Shown here: positions 1 through 9,420 of the stretch, piece by piece
How the letters are laid out: the number at the start of each line of letters is the position of its first letter
Numbering within the stretch: position 1 is the stretch's first letter
NCBI GenBank assembly: GCA_963713045.1
Contig: CAVQKE010000003.1
Coordinates: 160,001 to 224,000 of the forward strand
Length of the DNA stretch: 64,000 nucleotides
Source of the DNA: an uncultured delta proteobacterium
Lineage (GTDB): Bacteria; Myxococcota; Myxococcia; Myxococcales; Myxococcaceae
Direction: 5' to 3'
Notes under the pieces: generated by a model
Database searches by the model: none
Told to the model about the DNA's origin: nothing
Seen by the model: the letters and a program-made list of their open reading frames with translations, nothing else
Position numbers and translations under genes: made by a program

Positions 1-109
1 CCACCCGGGCCAGGGCGACGTGTTGGGCGAGCAGCTCCCCGAGGCCGTCCACCAGCCGGCCCACAAGGTCACTCACCCCCGGCGTCTCCGCTTGCGTTTG
101 CTTCCTCAT
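1..109 (-). CDS. Partial CDS, phage-holin-family (DUF1469-like) membrane protein, runs off the left edge
   Basis: Manual translation MRKQTQAETPGVSDLVGRLVDGLGELLAQHVALARV.. resembles the N-terminus of this family. Confidence 0.5.
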   Translation of the reverse strand, partial: MRKQTQAETPGVSDLVGRLVDGLGELLAQHVALARV

Positions 110-256
110 GAGACAGCCTGGGCGCCTTTTTCGCTTCCTTCGCCAGATGGCGCCTTCCACATTTCTGGGAGGAGCGCCTTTCTCGCCTGACGTCGCCTTC
201 AGACACAGGCTAGACACGTCGCCCAAACGGGACAAGGGCCCTTGGGGGCCGGTGCT

Positions 257-1222
257 TCAACTCTTGGCTGGCGGAGCGTTGACCGCGTTGCGGATGACGC
301 CGCGCTGCAGGAATTCAACCAGCTGCTCGGCGAGCTGGTTGGCGCAGGCCAGCTGGCCCTCCTCGGTGGAGGCCCCGAGGTGCGGGGTGGCGAGGAAGTT
401 GTCCAGCGCCAGCAGCGGGTGGTCGGCTGGAACGGGCTCCACCGCGAAGACGTCCATCGCCGCGCCGGCCAGGGTGCCGTCCTTGAGTGCCACCGCCAGC
501 GCCGTCTCGTCCACGATGCCCCCCCGGGCGCAGTTGACGAGGTAGGTGCCCTTCTTCATCTGCGCGAAGAGGCTGGCCCCGACGAGGTTGCGCGTCTTGT
601 CGTTGCTGGGCACGTGGACGGTGAGAAAGTCTGCATTGCGAACCAATTCCTCGAGCGAGACGAAGCGCACCGACAGGCCCAGCTTCCGGGCGGCCTCGGA
701 AGGGTGCGGGTCATAGACCAGCACCGTCATGCCAAAGGCCAGGCAGCGCTGCGCGACGAGCGAGCCAATGTTGCCCAGGCCGAGAATGCCCACCGTCTTC
801 TGAAACAACTCATGCCCGGTGGCGAAGCGCTTCTTCTCCCACTTGCCGGCTTTGGTGCTGGTGGCGGCCTGCACCAGCTGGCGCGGCAGCGCCGACAGCA
901 TGGCCATGGTCAGCTCGGCCACCGCCATGGAATTGCCCCCGGGGGTATTCATCACCACGATGTTTCGCCGGGTGGCAGCGTCCACGTCGATGTTGTCCAC
1001 CCCCACGCCGGCGCGGCCGATGACTTTCAGTGCACCGGCCGACTCCAGAATGTCCGCCGTGACTTTGGTGGCGCTGCGCACGGCGAGCGCCTGGTAGCCG
1101 CCGACAATGCCCTTGAGTTCGGCCGGTTTGAGTCCCAGCTTCACGTCCACGGAGAGCCCCGTGGCCGCGCGCAGCGTCTGCAGGCCGCGCGGAGACAGCT
1201 CGTCCGCCACCAAAACCTTCAT
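257..1222 (-). CDS. serA: D-3-phosphoglycerate dehydrogenase, short form without ACT domain
   Basis: VRSATKVT, RAGVGVDNID, GLGNIG NAD motif, NCARGG, TPHLGAST. Confidence 0.85.
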   Translation of the reverse strand: MKVLVADELSPRGLQTLRAATGLSVDVKLGLKPAELKGIVGGYQALAVRSATKVTADILESAGALKVIGRAGVGVDNIDVDAATRRNIVVMNTPGGNSMAVAELTMAMLSALPRQLVQAATSTKAGKWEKKRFATGHELFQKTVGILGLGNIGSLVAQRCLAFGMTVLVYDPHPSEAARKLGLSVRFVSLEELVRNADFLTVHVPSNDKTRNLVGASLFAQMKKGTYLVNCARGGIVDETALAVALKDGTLAGAAMDVFAVEPVPADHPLLALDNFLATPHLGASTEEGQLACANQLAEQLVEFLQRGVIRNAVNAPPAKS

Positions 1223-1408
1223 GTGCGTGCCTTGGCTCCCACTCCAACCTGCCCGCTTTTGCCACCGGGCCGCTTCCCTTGGAGGGCGCGGACCCTAAAC
1301 TCCTGCGCCGCGGAGCGTCAAGCACTGGAAGACGGCGCAACAGTGAAGTGCGCCGCGCGCCGGTCCCAGGGCCGAGGGCCGGTGCCAAGGGCTACAGTGC
1401 AAGGCCGC

Positions 1409-2272
1409 TTGACGCCCCCACCCTCGCGGCCCAGCGCCGCCGCCCCCGTGCTTTGCCTTGCGCTTCTGTTGGCTGCCAGCGCCGGCGGCGCGGAGGGCCA
1501 GCCCTCCATTGAGGTACGGCCGACCACCGCCCGGCCGGGCGACGTGCTGCTGGTGCTGGTGCGCGGCGCAGACGAGACGCCGGAGGGCAAGGCTGGCGCT
1601 CGGAAGCTGCGCTTCTACCCGCTGGGGGACCACCACGAGGCGCTGGCCGCGGTGCCGCTGGAGCAGCCGCCTGGACCTCTGTCGGTGCGGGTGGTGGTGG
1701 CGGGCATCGAATTGACCGCGGCGGTGGAAGTCGAGCCCGGCAACTTTCCTCAGCGCGAGCTGACGGTGGACCAAAAATTCATCGCGCCGCCGGCCTCGGT
1801 GAAGGCCCGCATTGCCGCCGACCAGCGCGCCTTTGCCAAGGCCTGGCGGACGTCCTTCGGCCCGCGGCTGTTTGCGGAAGGGTTTGCCCGGCCGCGCGAC
1901 GCGGAAGTCACCGCGCGCTTTGGTGACCAACGGATGTTGAACGGGAAGAAGAAGACGGTGCACTACGGGCTGGACCTCGACGGTCAGCTGGGGGACCCGG
2001 TGACAGCGGCCAACGACGGCACGGTGGTGCTGGTGCGCGACTGCTACACTTCCGGCAACACGGTGCTGCTGTCCCACGGGGGCGGCGTCTTCACCGGCTA
2101 CTTCCACCTGTCCGGTTTCAAGGTGAAGCCAGGGGCCAAGGTGAAGCGCGGAGAGCTGATTGGCCTGGTGGGAAACACGGGCCGCGTCACCGGCCCGCAC
2201 CTGCATTTTCTCGCCCGGGTGGACCGCCTCTACGTCAATCCCGAGGCCCTGTTGTCCCTTCCCTTCCCTTAA
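1409..2272 (+). CDS. M23 family metallopeptidase, secreted (start uncertain)
   Basis: HYGLD (HxxxD), YFHLS, GNTGRVTGPHLHF; signal-like N-terminus. Confidence 0.9.
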   Translation: MTPPPSRPSAAAPVLCLALLLAASAGGAEGQPSIEVRPTTARPGDVLLVLVRGADETPEGKAGARKLRFYPLGDHHEALAAVPLEQPPGPLSVRVVVAGIELTAAVEVEPGNFPQRELTVDQKFIAPPASVKARIAADQRAFAKAWRTSFGPRLFAEGFARPRDAEVTARFGDQRMLNGKKKTVHYGLDLDGQLGDPVTAANDGTVVLVRDCYTSGNTVLLSHGGGVFTGYFHLSGFKVKPGAKVKRGELIGLVGNTGRVTGPHLHFLARVDRLYVNPEALLSLPFP

Positions 2273-2288
2273 GCCTTGGGCCGGCCCT

Positions 2289-3182
2289 TCACCAGGCCTG
2301 CGGCAGGGACAGCGCGGCGCGCGCCTCCTCGGCGGACAAGGGCGAGCGCCCGACGTCGCGCGCCATCCGCACCGCCTTTTCCACCAGGGGGCCATTGCCC
2401 TTCGCCATCTCGGTGCCGGCGGCGTCCAGGTAGAAGTTGTCCTCCAGGCCCACCCGGACATTTCCGCCCAGCGCCAGCGCGGCGCCCACCAGGCGCCACT
2501 GGCCCCTGCCAATGCCGATGACTTCCCAGGTGTCGCCGGGCGCCAGCGTGCGCGCCATGGCGGCCAGCGTCTCCACCGACGGCGGAGCGCCGCCCAGCAC
2601 GCCGAGGATGAAGCTGTACTGCAGCGGCCGTTTCAGCGCGCCCAGGGTGACGAGGGGCTCGGCGTTGGCGACGTGGCCCAAGTCAAAGCACTCCAGCTCG
2701 GGCTTCACCCCGCCCTCGCGCATCGCCTCGGCCGCCAAGAGGATGTCGGCAAAGGGGTTGGGAAACACCATGTCGAAGACGAAGCCCTTCCGCGAGGCAG
2801 AGTACTTGGCGTAATTCATGCTGCCCATGTTGAGGGCGGCCATCTCCGGGCGACTGGTCCAGAGGTAGGACAGTCGCTCCTGCTTCTCCGGCTGGGTGTT
2901 GACGCCCATGTTGAAGCCGCCGGTGGAGAAATTCAGGATGACGGGGGAGCGCTTGCGCACCTCGTCGCGGATGGCGACGTAGTGTGCCGCCTCCCAGGTG
3001 GGGGCACCGGAGAGGGGCTCGCGGCCGTGAATGTGCACCGCCGCCGCACCGGCTTCATAGGCCCGCCGGGCCTCCTCTCCGATTTCCGCCGCCGTGTAGG
3101 GCAGGTACGGGCATTGGTCGCGGTTGGCGAGAATGCCGGTGAGGGCAGCGGTGATGATGACGCGGTCGGCCGGGACGGCCAT
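2289..3182 (-). CDS. Beta-keto acid cleavage enzyme family (3-keto-5-aminohexanoate cleavage-like)
   Basis: IITAALTG, AGAAAVHIHGR, NFSTGG, PELECFD, RVGLEDN. Confidence 0.9.
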   Translation of the reverse strand: MAVPADRVIITAALTGILANRDQCPYLPYTAAEIGEEARRAYEAGAAAVHIHGREPLSGAPTWEAAHYVAIRDEVRKRSPVILNFSTGGFNMGVNTQPEKQERLSYLWTSRPEMAALNMGSMNYAKYSASRKGFVFDMVFPNPFADILLAAEAMREGGVKPELECFDLGHVANAEPLVTLGALKRPLQYSFILGVLGGAPPSVETLAAMARTLAPGDTWEVIGIGRGQWRLVGAALALGGNVRVGLEDNFYLDAAGTEMAKGNGPLVEKAVRMARDVGRSPLSAEEARAALSLPQAW

Positions 3183-3206
3183 GCCTGGTGCCTCCTTCTG
3201 AATGCC

Positions 3207-3986
3207 CTAGCGGTCCTTCCACTGGGGGCGACGCTTGGAAAGGAAGGCCTGTACCCCTTCCTGCGCGTCTTCGGTGGTGAGGTTGACGGACAGCTGGGCC
3301 GCGAGGAATTCGGTGGCCGCCTCCAGCGGAAGGCCTTCGGCCTGCCGGAAGGCCCGCTTGCCGAGGGCGAGGACGGCCTGACTCTTCTGGCAAAGCTGCC
3401 GGACCAGCGCCTGGGTGGCGCTGTCCAACTCGGCCTCCGGGACGACGCGGTTGACGAGGCCCCAGCCGAGGGCTTCCCGGGCCTTGAGGCGCGCCCCAGT
3501 CAGCACCATTTCCAGCGCTCGCTTTCGCCCCAGGTGCCGCTGAAGCCAGGCCAGCACCATCATCGGAAACAGCCCGACCTCCACCTCCGGCGTGCCCAGT
3601 TCGGCATCCTCCACCGCCACCGCCAAGTCGCAGGCGCACACCAGGCCCAGCCCGCCGCCCAGCGCATGGCCATTCACGCGGGCCACCGTCGGTTTGGGAA
3701 AAGCGCCCAGCTGCTCCAGTACAAGCCCATAGCGGCGGCGCGCTTCATGGCCGGCCAGAAAGCCCTCCTGGCCTGAGGAGGCCAAGTCTCCGCCGGCGCA
3801 GAAGACGCGCTTGCCGGCCCCGGTGAGCACCACCACCCGCGCCGCGGAGTCGGCCTCCGCCCGCCGCAGCCCTTCGGCGAGCGCGTCCACCACTTCGGCG
3901 GAGAGCGCGTTGCGCGCGTCGGGCCGGTCAATCGTCAGGAGCGCTTGGCCGTCTTCAATCGCGAACCGGACCGGTCCTGCTTCCAT
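3207..3986 (-). CDS. Enoyl-CoA hydratase/isomerase family
   Basis: RPDARNALS, FCAGGDL, ALGGGLGL, PEVEVGL. Confidence 0.9.
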   Translation of the reverse strand: MEAGPVRFAIEDGQALLTIDRPDARNALSAEVVDALAEGLRRAEADSAARVVVLTGAGKRVFCAGGDLASSGQEGFLAGHEARRRYGLVLEQLGAFPKPTVARVNGHALGGGLGLVCACDLAVAVEDAELGTPEVEVGLFPMMVLAWLQRHLGRKRALEMVLTGARLKAREALGWGLVNRVVPEAELDSATQALVRQLCQKSQAVLALGKRAFRQAEGLPLEAATEFLAAQLSVNLTTEDAQEGVQAFLSKRRPQWKDR

Positions 3987-4621
3987 GAGGCCTCCGGGGC
4001 CAGGGTGCCGTGCAGGAAGGAGTCCGCCAGCTGCGCCTGGGCCCGCGCCAACACCGCTTCGTCCCGCCCGTCGAGGAGCCCCATCACCAGGGAGGTGAGT
4101 CCCATTTCCACCGCACCGAAGAGCATCGCCGCGCACAGGGAGGGGTCGAGCTCCGCGCGCAGCTCGCCCCGGAAGCGGGCGCGCTCAAACATGGAGCGGG
4201 TAATCTGCATCACCTCGGCGAAGGCGCTGCGCCGGTTGGCCTCCCCCGTCCCGGGCCCGCGCGCAAACTCCAGCACCAGCACGCGCACGCCCCGCGGGTC
4301 CGCCCGGTAACCGTCAAAGGCCACCTGGAAAATGCGCCGCAGCTTGGCGTCCAAGGCTGCATTGCCCTCCGCCGCTTCGCGAATGCGCGTGACGAAGCCG
4401 CCCCACCCCGTCTGGAAGACAAGTTGCAGCAATTCATCCTTGTTGCGGAAGTAATGGTAGACGAGGCCGTAGGCGACGTTGGCTTCGCGCGCCACGTCCG
4501 CAATGCGGCAGCCGTGGTAGCCCTTGCGTGCGAAGACTTCCACCGCCGCACGGAGGATGGTTTTCCGGCGGTCCTGGTCCCGGTCTTTTGCGGCGGCGAG
4601 GGCCTTTGCGGAGGGGGCCAC
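3935..4621 (-). CDS. TetR/AcrR family regulator
   Basis: ILRAAVEVFARKGY...IADVAREANVAYGLVYHYFRNKDELL. Confidence 0.92.
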   Translation of the reverse strand: MAPSAKALAAAKDRDQDRRKTILRAAVEVFARKGYHGCRIADVAREANVAYGLVYHYFRNKDELLQLVFQTGWGGFVTRIREAAEGNAALDAKLRRIFQVAFDGYRADPRGVRVLVLEFARGPGTGEANRRSAFAEVMQITRSMFERARFRGELRAELDPSLCAAMLFGAVEMGLTSLVMGLLDGRDEAVLARAQAQLADSFLHGTLAPEASWKQDRSGSRLKTAKRS

Positions 4622-4643
4622 GGCGTCAAAGTGTCCTGCAGCG

Positions 4644-4663
4644 GGTTGACTCGCGAATCAGCC
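4644..4663. promoter_or_regulatory. Candidate TetR operator (imperfect palindrome)
   Basis: GGTTGACTCGCGAATCAGCC, near-palindromic, about 23 bp upstream of the tetR start. Confidence 0.45.
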
Positions 4664-4729
4664 ACACCCTAGGAGCGAGTCCCCGGGCGGGTCAACCCTC
4701 GTCTGCGGGGGTCAGCACGGCCTACACGC

Positions 4730-5086
4730 CTAGGCGACCCCATTGGGGGCGGCAAACATCGCCCGCGCCACGCCCAGCAGCTTTTCCACGTCGCGGGAGT
4801 CCAGGTGGCGGCTCCGGACAAATTCGGACAGCGGTCGCAGCACTTCCTGGGCGTCCGCGGGCCGCTCGGCCGGTGCGACAAACAGCTCGGCCAATGTCAC
4901 TCCCAGCGCGTCCGCCAGGGAGGCCAGCGTCTCGACGTGGGCCACCCTCTCCCCCCTTTCAATCATCGAGAGGAAGGACACCGAAATGCGGGCCCGCTCG
5001 GCCAAGTCCTCCTGGGTCCAGCGCTCTGCGCGCTGGGTCCGGAGCTCCCGGATTCTCTGCCCAATGGTTTTGCCGATGTCAGACAT
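4730..5086 (-). CDS. XRE family HTH regulator
   Basis: IGQRIRELR...TQEDLAERARISVSFLSMIERGER. Confidence 0.9.
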   Translation of the reverse strand: MSDIGKTIGQRIRELRTQRAERWTQEDLAERARISVSFLSMIERGERVAHVETLASLADALGVTLAELFVAPAERPADAQEVLRPLSEFVRSRHLDSRDVEKLLGVARAMFAAPNGVA

Positions 5087-5188
5087 CGCCTGCACCCCCG
5101 GTCAGCTACCTGTCGAGGCGACGACAACGCCCCCCTTAGGGTCAAGTTCCGCGGGACAGCAAGTCACTCCCAGTGAAATTGCCCGCCA

Positions 5189-7741
5189 TCAATTTCCAAA
5201 GGTGCCGAAGCCGGCGATGGTGAAGTCCACGTAAATCTGGGGGAAGGCATTGGGCAGTCCGGGCTGGGTCCGCACACCCAAAGTCAGCTGCCAGCAGTTA
5301 CAGGCCGGCCCGAAGAGGAGGGCCAACTGCTGCTGGCCAAAAAAGGCGTGTGTCCCCACCAGGGCTGAATTGACGGGGGTGGCCGTCGGCAGCAATGGCG
5401 GGGGGTTGGGGTACAGGACGCCGGAGTAGGTGAGGCCCAGCCCATAGGGAAAGTTCACCGTGCCAGTCAGCGTGATGTATTGCAGCAGCGAGCCTTGCAG
5501 GGCGGCGGCTGGAAGGGGCGAGCCCACCAGCGCGTCCAGACCCCGCCGCTGCGCGCTCGAGCCGCCCACCCACTGCTGGGCCTCGTCGGTCAGCGGGATT
5601 CCGTTTTGGTTTTGGTACAGGGTGCTGAGGTAGATGAAGTCGTACTCCGCGTGGAACGAATAGCGAGCCGGCGGCGTCCCCTTCACCGGGCTGACGGGCG
5701 GCTGAAACCCGGCGCCAATGCTGAAGAGTCCAGGTGCGTGACGCTGGTTGTCCCAGCGGAAGAGGGTCCCGGCGTTGAAGGCCCCGAGCGTGGTGCGGGC
5801 GGAGGCGACGCTGTCAGAAAGGCCGTTGGACGTGCTGGACAGGAATTCCTGGGCAACCTCCACCCGCAGCAACTCCAACTGCTGCGCGCCGGTTCGCCGC
5901 GTCAGCAATTCCGTAAATTTCACCACGCCCTGCAGGCGGTGGTTGGTGTCCACCGCCCAGTCAATGGCGTCGTACTTGTTGCTCGGTTGGGGGCCCGGGA
6001 CGGCGCCCCAGGCGCCGAGGATGTCGCGCACTTCCAAGCTGGGCTGAAGCGCATTCCTCAACGCCCCCTGGCCCTCGCCATAGCTGCGCGACAATTCGCT
6101 AAAGACCAAAAGGTCCACAATGCCATACCCGCGGTTGGCCACCGCCCCGCTTATCTCCTGCACGTACACGTCCTGGCGCACCCAGGCTGAGGGCTGAATG
6201 CGCAGCACCTCCCCGATGGGCACCGTCATCACCAGCCGGGGGACGACGTCCAGCCGGTCGCGCGCCTGCCTTTCATACGCCGGCTGGTAGATGCCGTCCC
6301 CCTGCAGCGGGTCCACCACGCCGGGGGGCGTACTGACCGCCGGCGCCACCGGCATGAAAAGGCCCCAGCGCCCTTCATCTCCAAACAGCTGCGTCAGCGG
6401 GGAGAGGCGGGTGTAGGACATGTCCAAGCTGCCGAAGAGGGGCGCCCACAACGGGCGCTGCGGAAAGGAAACTCCAATCTCCGGCAGCTGCTGAAAGGTG
6501 GCCGGCCCGCGCTCCGGGGCACCCGTCACCGGGTTGGTGTCCGTGCCGAAGAGCGAATAGCTGAAGGGGGGCTGCGTGTCCTGGCGGTAGCTGAGGGTCA
6601 GCCCCTCCCAGCTGTCGGCCGCGCGGTGGGACAGCTGAAACGTCGAGGTCAAGTACTGGTTGGCTTGGGACACCACGTCGGTGGCCAAGTCGCGCGGCAG
6701 CGCTTCGTCGGTGGCCAGGTTGAGGTCGAGCCGCGTCGTCCAGCCTGCGCCCAAGTAGCTGACAATCTGGCTGGTCAACTGCGCCCGCGGCCCGAACCAC
6801 TTTCCCCCAACGCCTCCCATATAGGCCAAGCCATTGCGTGGGTCTCGGGGCGGCAGCGTGTCGTCCACGATGTAGAGCTCGGCGGTGCCGTGGGTGTCCA
6901 CGCTGGGGGTGAAGCGAAACGTCGTGTCCAGCGAGAACCCCTTGGTGCCAACGTTGGGACTGACTCCGCCGGTGGTGTAGCCGAGGTCGGTTTCGATGTC
7001 GGCGCTGCGCCCCAGCGTCACGTACACCGGAATCGGGATGTACCACCCGGTCCAGGCCGAATAGTTGGGGAGAATGGGCAATAGCCCCGTCTTCCGGTCG
7101 CTCAACGGCACGTACAAGACGGGCAGCGGCAGCACCGGGGCACCGTAGACGTTGATGATGGCCCACCACATCCAGGCGCCTTCGCCGAGCACCACGTCGG
7201 CGTAGGCGCTTTGGATGCTCCAGTGCGGGTGTAGCGCATCGCGCGGCTCGCAGTCGCAGGGCGTGAAGGTGAGGTTGTTGATGTGGAGGTGACCGCCTTC
7301 CGCTCGCTGGATGCGGTCCGCGGTACCGGCCAAGGCCGTCTGCCCCAGCCCCTGCAACTCGGTCGCGCTCTGCGCCGCCAGCAGCCGGTCGAGCGTCACC
7401 TTCTTCTTCTCGAAGAAGTGTCCCTGCTGCAGCTGGAGCGTTCCGGTGCTCAAATCCAGGGTGAGCTGGTGGGCCACCGCGCCGAGGTCGCCCGAGACGC
7501 AGAAGGCGTTGCCGGTGGCGGTGAGGGTATTGGTGTCCTGGTCGAGCAAGACGGTGTCGGCCTGCACCATGGTCCCGGTGGTGCGCAGCCGGGCATGGCC
7601 GGTCAGTGTCACGTGCTGGGCGTCCGCGTCGGACTGCATTTGGTCCGCCTGGACGTGGATGGGCTCATTGGGGGCGGGAGGCGCCAGCGAAGACAGGCCG
7701 GACTGCCCAAGCACGAGCAACGCGGCCAGGGCGGAAGCCAT
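5189..7741 (-). CDS. lptD: LPS-assembly outer membrane protein LptD
   Basis: Signal peptide, OstA-like N-domain (IHVQADQM), FTPCDC..WSI, PLSDRKTGLL, long beta-barrel. Confidence 0.75.
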   Translation of the reverse strand: MASALAALLVLGQSGLSSLAPPAPNEPIHVQADQMQSDADAQHVTLTGHARLRTTGTMVQADTVLLDQDTNTLTATGNAFCVSGDLGAVAHQLTLDLSTGTLQLQQGHFFEKKKVTLDRLLAAQSATELQGLGQTALAGTADRIQRAEGGHLHINNLTFTPCDCEPRDALHPHWSIQSAYADVVLGEGAWMWWAIINVYGAPVLPLPVLYVPLSDRKTGLLPILPNYSAWTGWYIPIPVYVTLGRSADIETDLGYTTGGVSPNVGTKGFSLDTTFRFTPSVDTHGTAELYIVDDTLPPRDPRNGLAYMGGVGGKWFGPRAQLTSQIVSYLGAGWTTRLDLNLATDEALPRDLATDVVSQANQYLTSTFQLSHRAADSWEGLTLSYRQDTQPPFSYSLFGTDTNPVTGAPERGPATFQQLPEIGVSFPQRPLWAPLFGSLDMSYTRLSPLTQLFGDEGRWGLFMPVAPAVSTPPGVVDPLQGDGIYQPAYERQARDRLDVVPRLVMTVPIGEVLRIQPSAWVRQDVYVQEISGAVANRGYGIVDLLVFSELSRSYGEGQGALRNALQPSLEVRDILGAWGAVPGPQPSNKYDAIDWAVDTNHRLQGVVKFTELLTRRTGAQQLELLRVEVAQEFLSSTSNGLSDSVASARTTLGAFNAGTLFRWDNQRHAPGLFSIGAGFQPPVSPVKGTPPARYSFHAEYDFIYLSTLYQNQNGIPLTDEAQQWVGGSSAQRRGLDALVGSPLPAAALQGSLLQYITLTGTVNFPYGLGLTYSGVLYPNPPPLLPTATPVNSALVGTHAFFGQQQLALLFGPACNCWQLTLGVRTQPGLPNAFPQIYVDFTIAGFGTFGN

Positions 7742-7765
7742 GCGGGCGAGAAGTCCCGGGGCCCC

Positions 7766-9355
7766 CTAGGGGGCCCGGAACTGCACCGAGACCTCGTTAC
7801 CGTCCTGATGCGTCTCGTACGCCACGGCGTCGCGCAGGGTGATGGCCACCCGCACCGTATTGTTGGGCCCGCGCCCGGGCTGGATGCGCAGCACCGGGCC
7901 TGCGAAGTAGGCGGTGTCCAGCATCCGGGTGTTGTTGTGCACCGGGATGCCGGTGTTGCTCAACTGAATGACGACGGTGTTTTTGCCGTCGAGGCTGACC
8001 GAATAGCGCACCGGACCGCTGGTGCGCACGTAGACGCGGGACACCTTGCCGTCGAAGCCAACCAGCGTCAGCGCCTTGCGTTTGGAGTCCACCTCGGTGC
8101 CCCCGGAGGCACTCCCACCCTCGGGCGCGGCCAGCGTCGGTGCGGGCGTCGGCGCCGGCGCCGGTGCCGCGGCGGCCGCCAACAATTCCTGCTTGCGCTC
8201 GCGTTCCGCTGCCTGCGCCAATTGGGCCTGATGCCGCTCTTCCAGGGCAGCAGCGCTGGCCGCCTGCTGCCGGCGCTTTTCCTCGGCTGCGGCGGCCGTC
8301 GCGGCCGCCTGCTGCTGGCGCTCGCGCTCCGCCGCCGCTGCAGCCAGGGCGGCCTCTCGTTTGCGACTCTCCTCAGCGGCCGCCGCGGCCGCTTCGTCCT
8401 GTTGCTTCTGTCGGGCACTGGCGGCCGCAGCAGCCTCCTGTTGCCGCCGCGCCTCCTCGGCGGCGGCGGCGGCGGCCGCCGCCTGGCGCCGCTGCTCCTC
8501 CGCCGCTGCGGCCGCTGCTGCTTCCTGCCGCCGGCGCTGTTCCGCGGCTGCTTGGGCGGCGGCTGCCTCCTCCAAACGCTGCTTTTCCGCGGCCGCGGCG
8601 GCGGCTGCTGCCGCGTCCTGACGGCGCTTTTCATCCGCTGCCGCTGCGGCCGCGGCGGCCTGTTGCCGCTGCTTTTCCTCCGCAGCCGCTGCGTCCTGAC
8701 GGCGCTGGGCCTCGGCTGCGGCCGCGGCGTCCTGACGCCGCTTCTCCGCAGCGGCCGCCGCAGCTACCGCTGCGGCGTCCGGGGCTGGCTGGTCGGCAGC
8801 CGCGGCAGTGGCCGCCGGCGGCGCCTGCTGTACGGCGGCAGGACTGGCGGCTTGGGGCGCAGCCGGTGGCGCTGTCAGGGGCGGGCTTGCGCCGTCGTTG
8901 GCAACTTTCACTGCAGGACGGGCCGAGGACGGGGCAACCGGGGCAGCGGACGCCACCAGGGGACTGGTGGGCGCCGGGGTGGCACGCACCACCAGTCGGT
9001 TTCCAACGCTTTGGATGTCCGGCTCCACCTCGCGGTCAAAGCCAATCACCACCCGCGCGATGGCCGAGGCGTCATTGCCATAGCTGGCCGTCCGAATGGC
9101 CACCACATGCCCGGAGGCGACGTCCATCGTCTCCGGCACACCGCTGAAGACGGCCTCGGAAATGTCCACCACCAGCCGCGGTGGGTCGGTCATCGGGAAG
9201 GTGCTGAAGCTGGGTTTCTGCGTCCCGGTAATCTCCACCGCCCCGGCCTTCACTTCCACCCGGGTAATGGTATTCAGCGCCGCCGGGCTTTGGGCCGTAG
9301 CCGACGCGGACAGCGCCACGCCGAGCAAAAGCCAGCTGCCAGCCGGGGGTGTCAC
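7766..9355 (-). CDS. AMIN-domain protein with a long Ala/Glu/Gln/Arg helical linker
   Basis: N-terminal AMIN (DPPRLVVDI), C-terminal AMIN-like domain (NTRMLDTAYF..VRVAITL), TolA-like centre. Confidence 0.75.
   Translation of the reverse strand: MTPPAGSWLLLGVALSASATAQSPAALNTITRVEVKAGAVEITGTQKPSFSTFPMTDPPRLVVDISEAVFSGVPETMDVASGHVVAIRTASYGNDASAIARVVIGFDREVEPDIQSVGNRLVVRATPAPTSPLVASAAPVAPSSARPAVKVANDGASPPLTAPPAAPQAASPAAVQQAPPAATAAAADQPAPDAAAVAAAAAAEKRRQDAAAAAEAQRRQDAAAAEEKQRQQAAAAAAAADEKRRQDAAAAAAAAAEKQRLEEAAAAQAAAEQRRRQEAAAAAAAEEQRRQAAAAAAAAEEARRQQEAAAAASARQKQQDEAAAAAAEESRKREAALAAAAAERERQQQAAATAAAAEEKRRQQAASAAALEERHQAQLAQAAERERKQELLAAAAAPAPAPTPAPTLAAPEGGSASGGTEVDSKRKALTLVGFDGKVSRVYVRTSGPVRYSVSLDGKNTVVIQLSNTGIPVHNNTRMLDTAYFAGPVLRIQPGRGPNNTVRVAITLRDAVAYETHQDGNEVSVQFRAP
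8195..8780 (-). repeat. Imperfect coding tandem repeat (A)4-9 E(E/K)xRRQ(D/Q/E), about 12-13 units
   Basis: AAAAAEKRRQD / AAAAAEAQRRQD / AAAAEEKQRQQ etc. in the translation. Confidence 0.85.
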
Positions 9356-9420
9356 AGTCCTCGAATGCTACCCTCCACCCCCGGGTCCTCCAAGGAAGGA
9401 GCCCCCCGGCAAGCAGGCAG

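Noticed and set aside
242..1408. N-terminal extension of the 676-aa M23 ORF
   Set aside because: It is the antisense of serA; the real protein starts near the signal peptide at about 1409
8195..8780. GCC/GCG-rich repeats as a CRISPR array or non-coding repeat
   Set aside because: In-frame, degenerate coding repeats with no constant repeat-spacer pattern; no cas genes in the window
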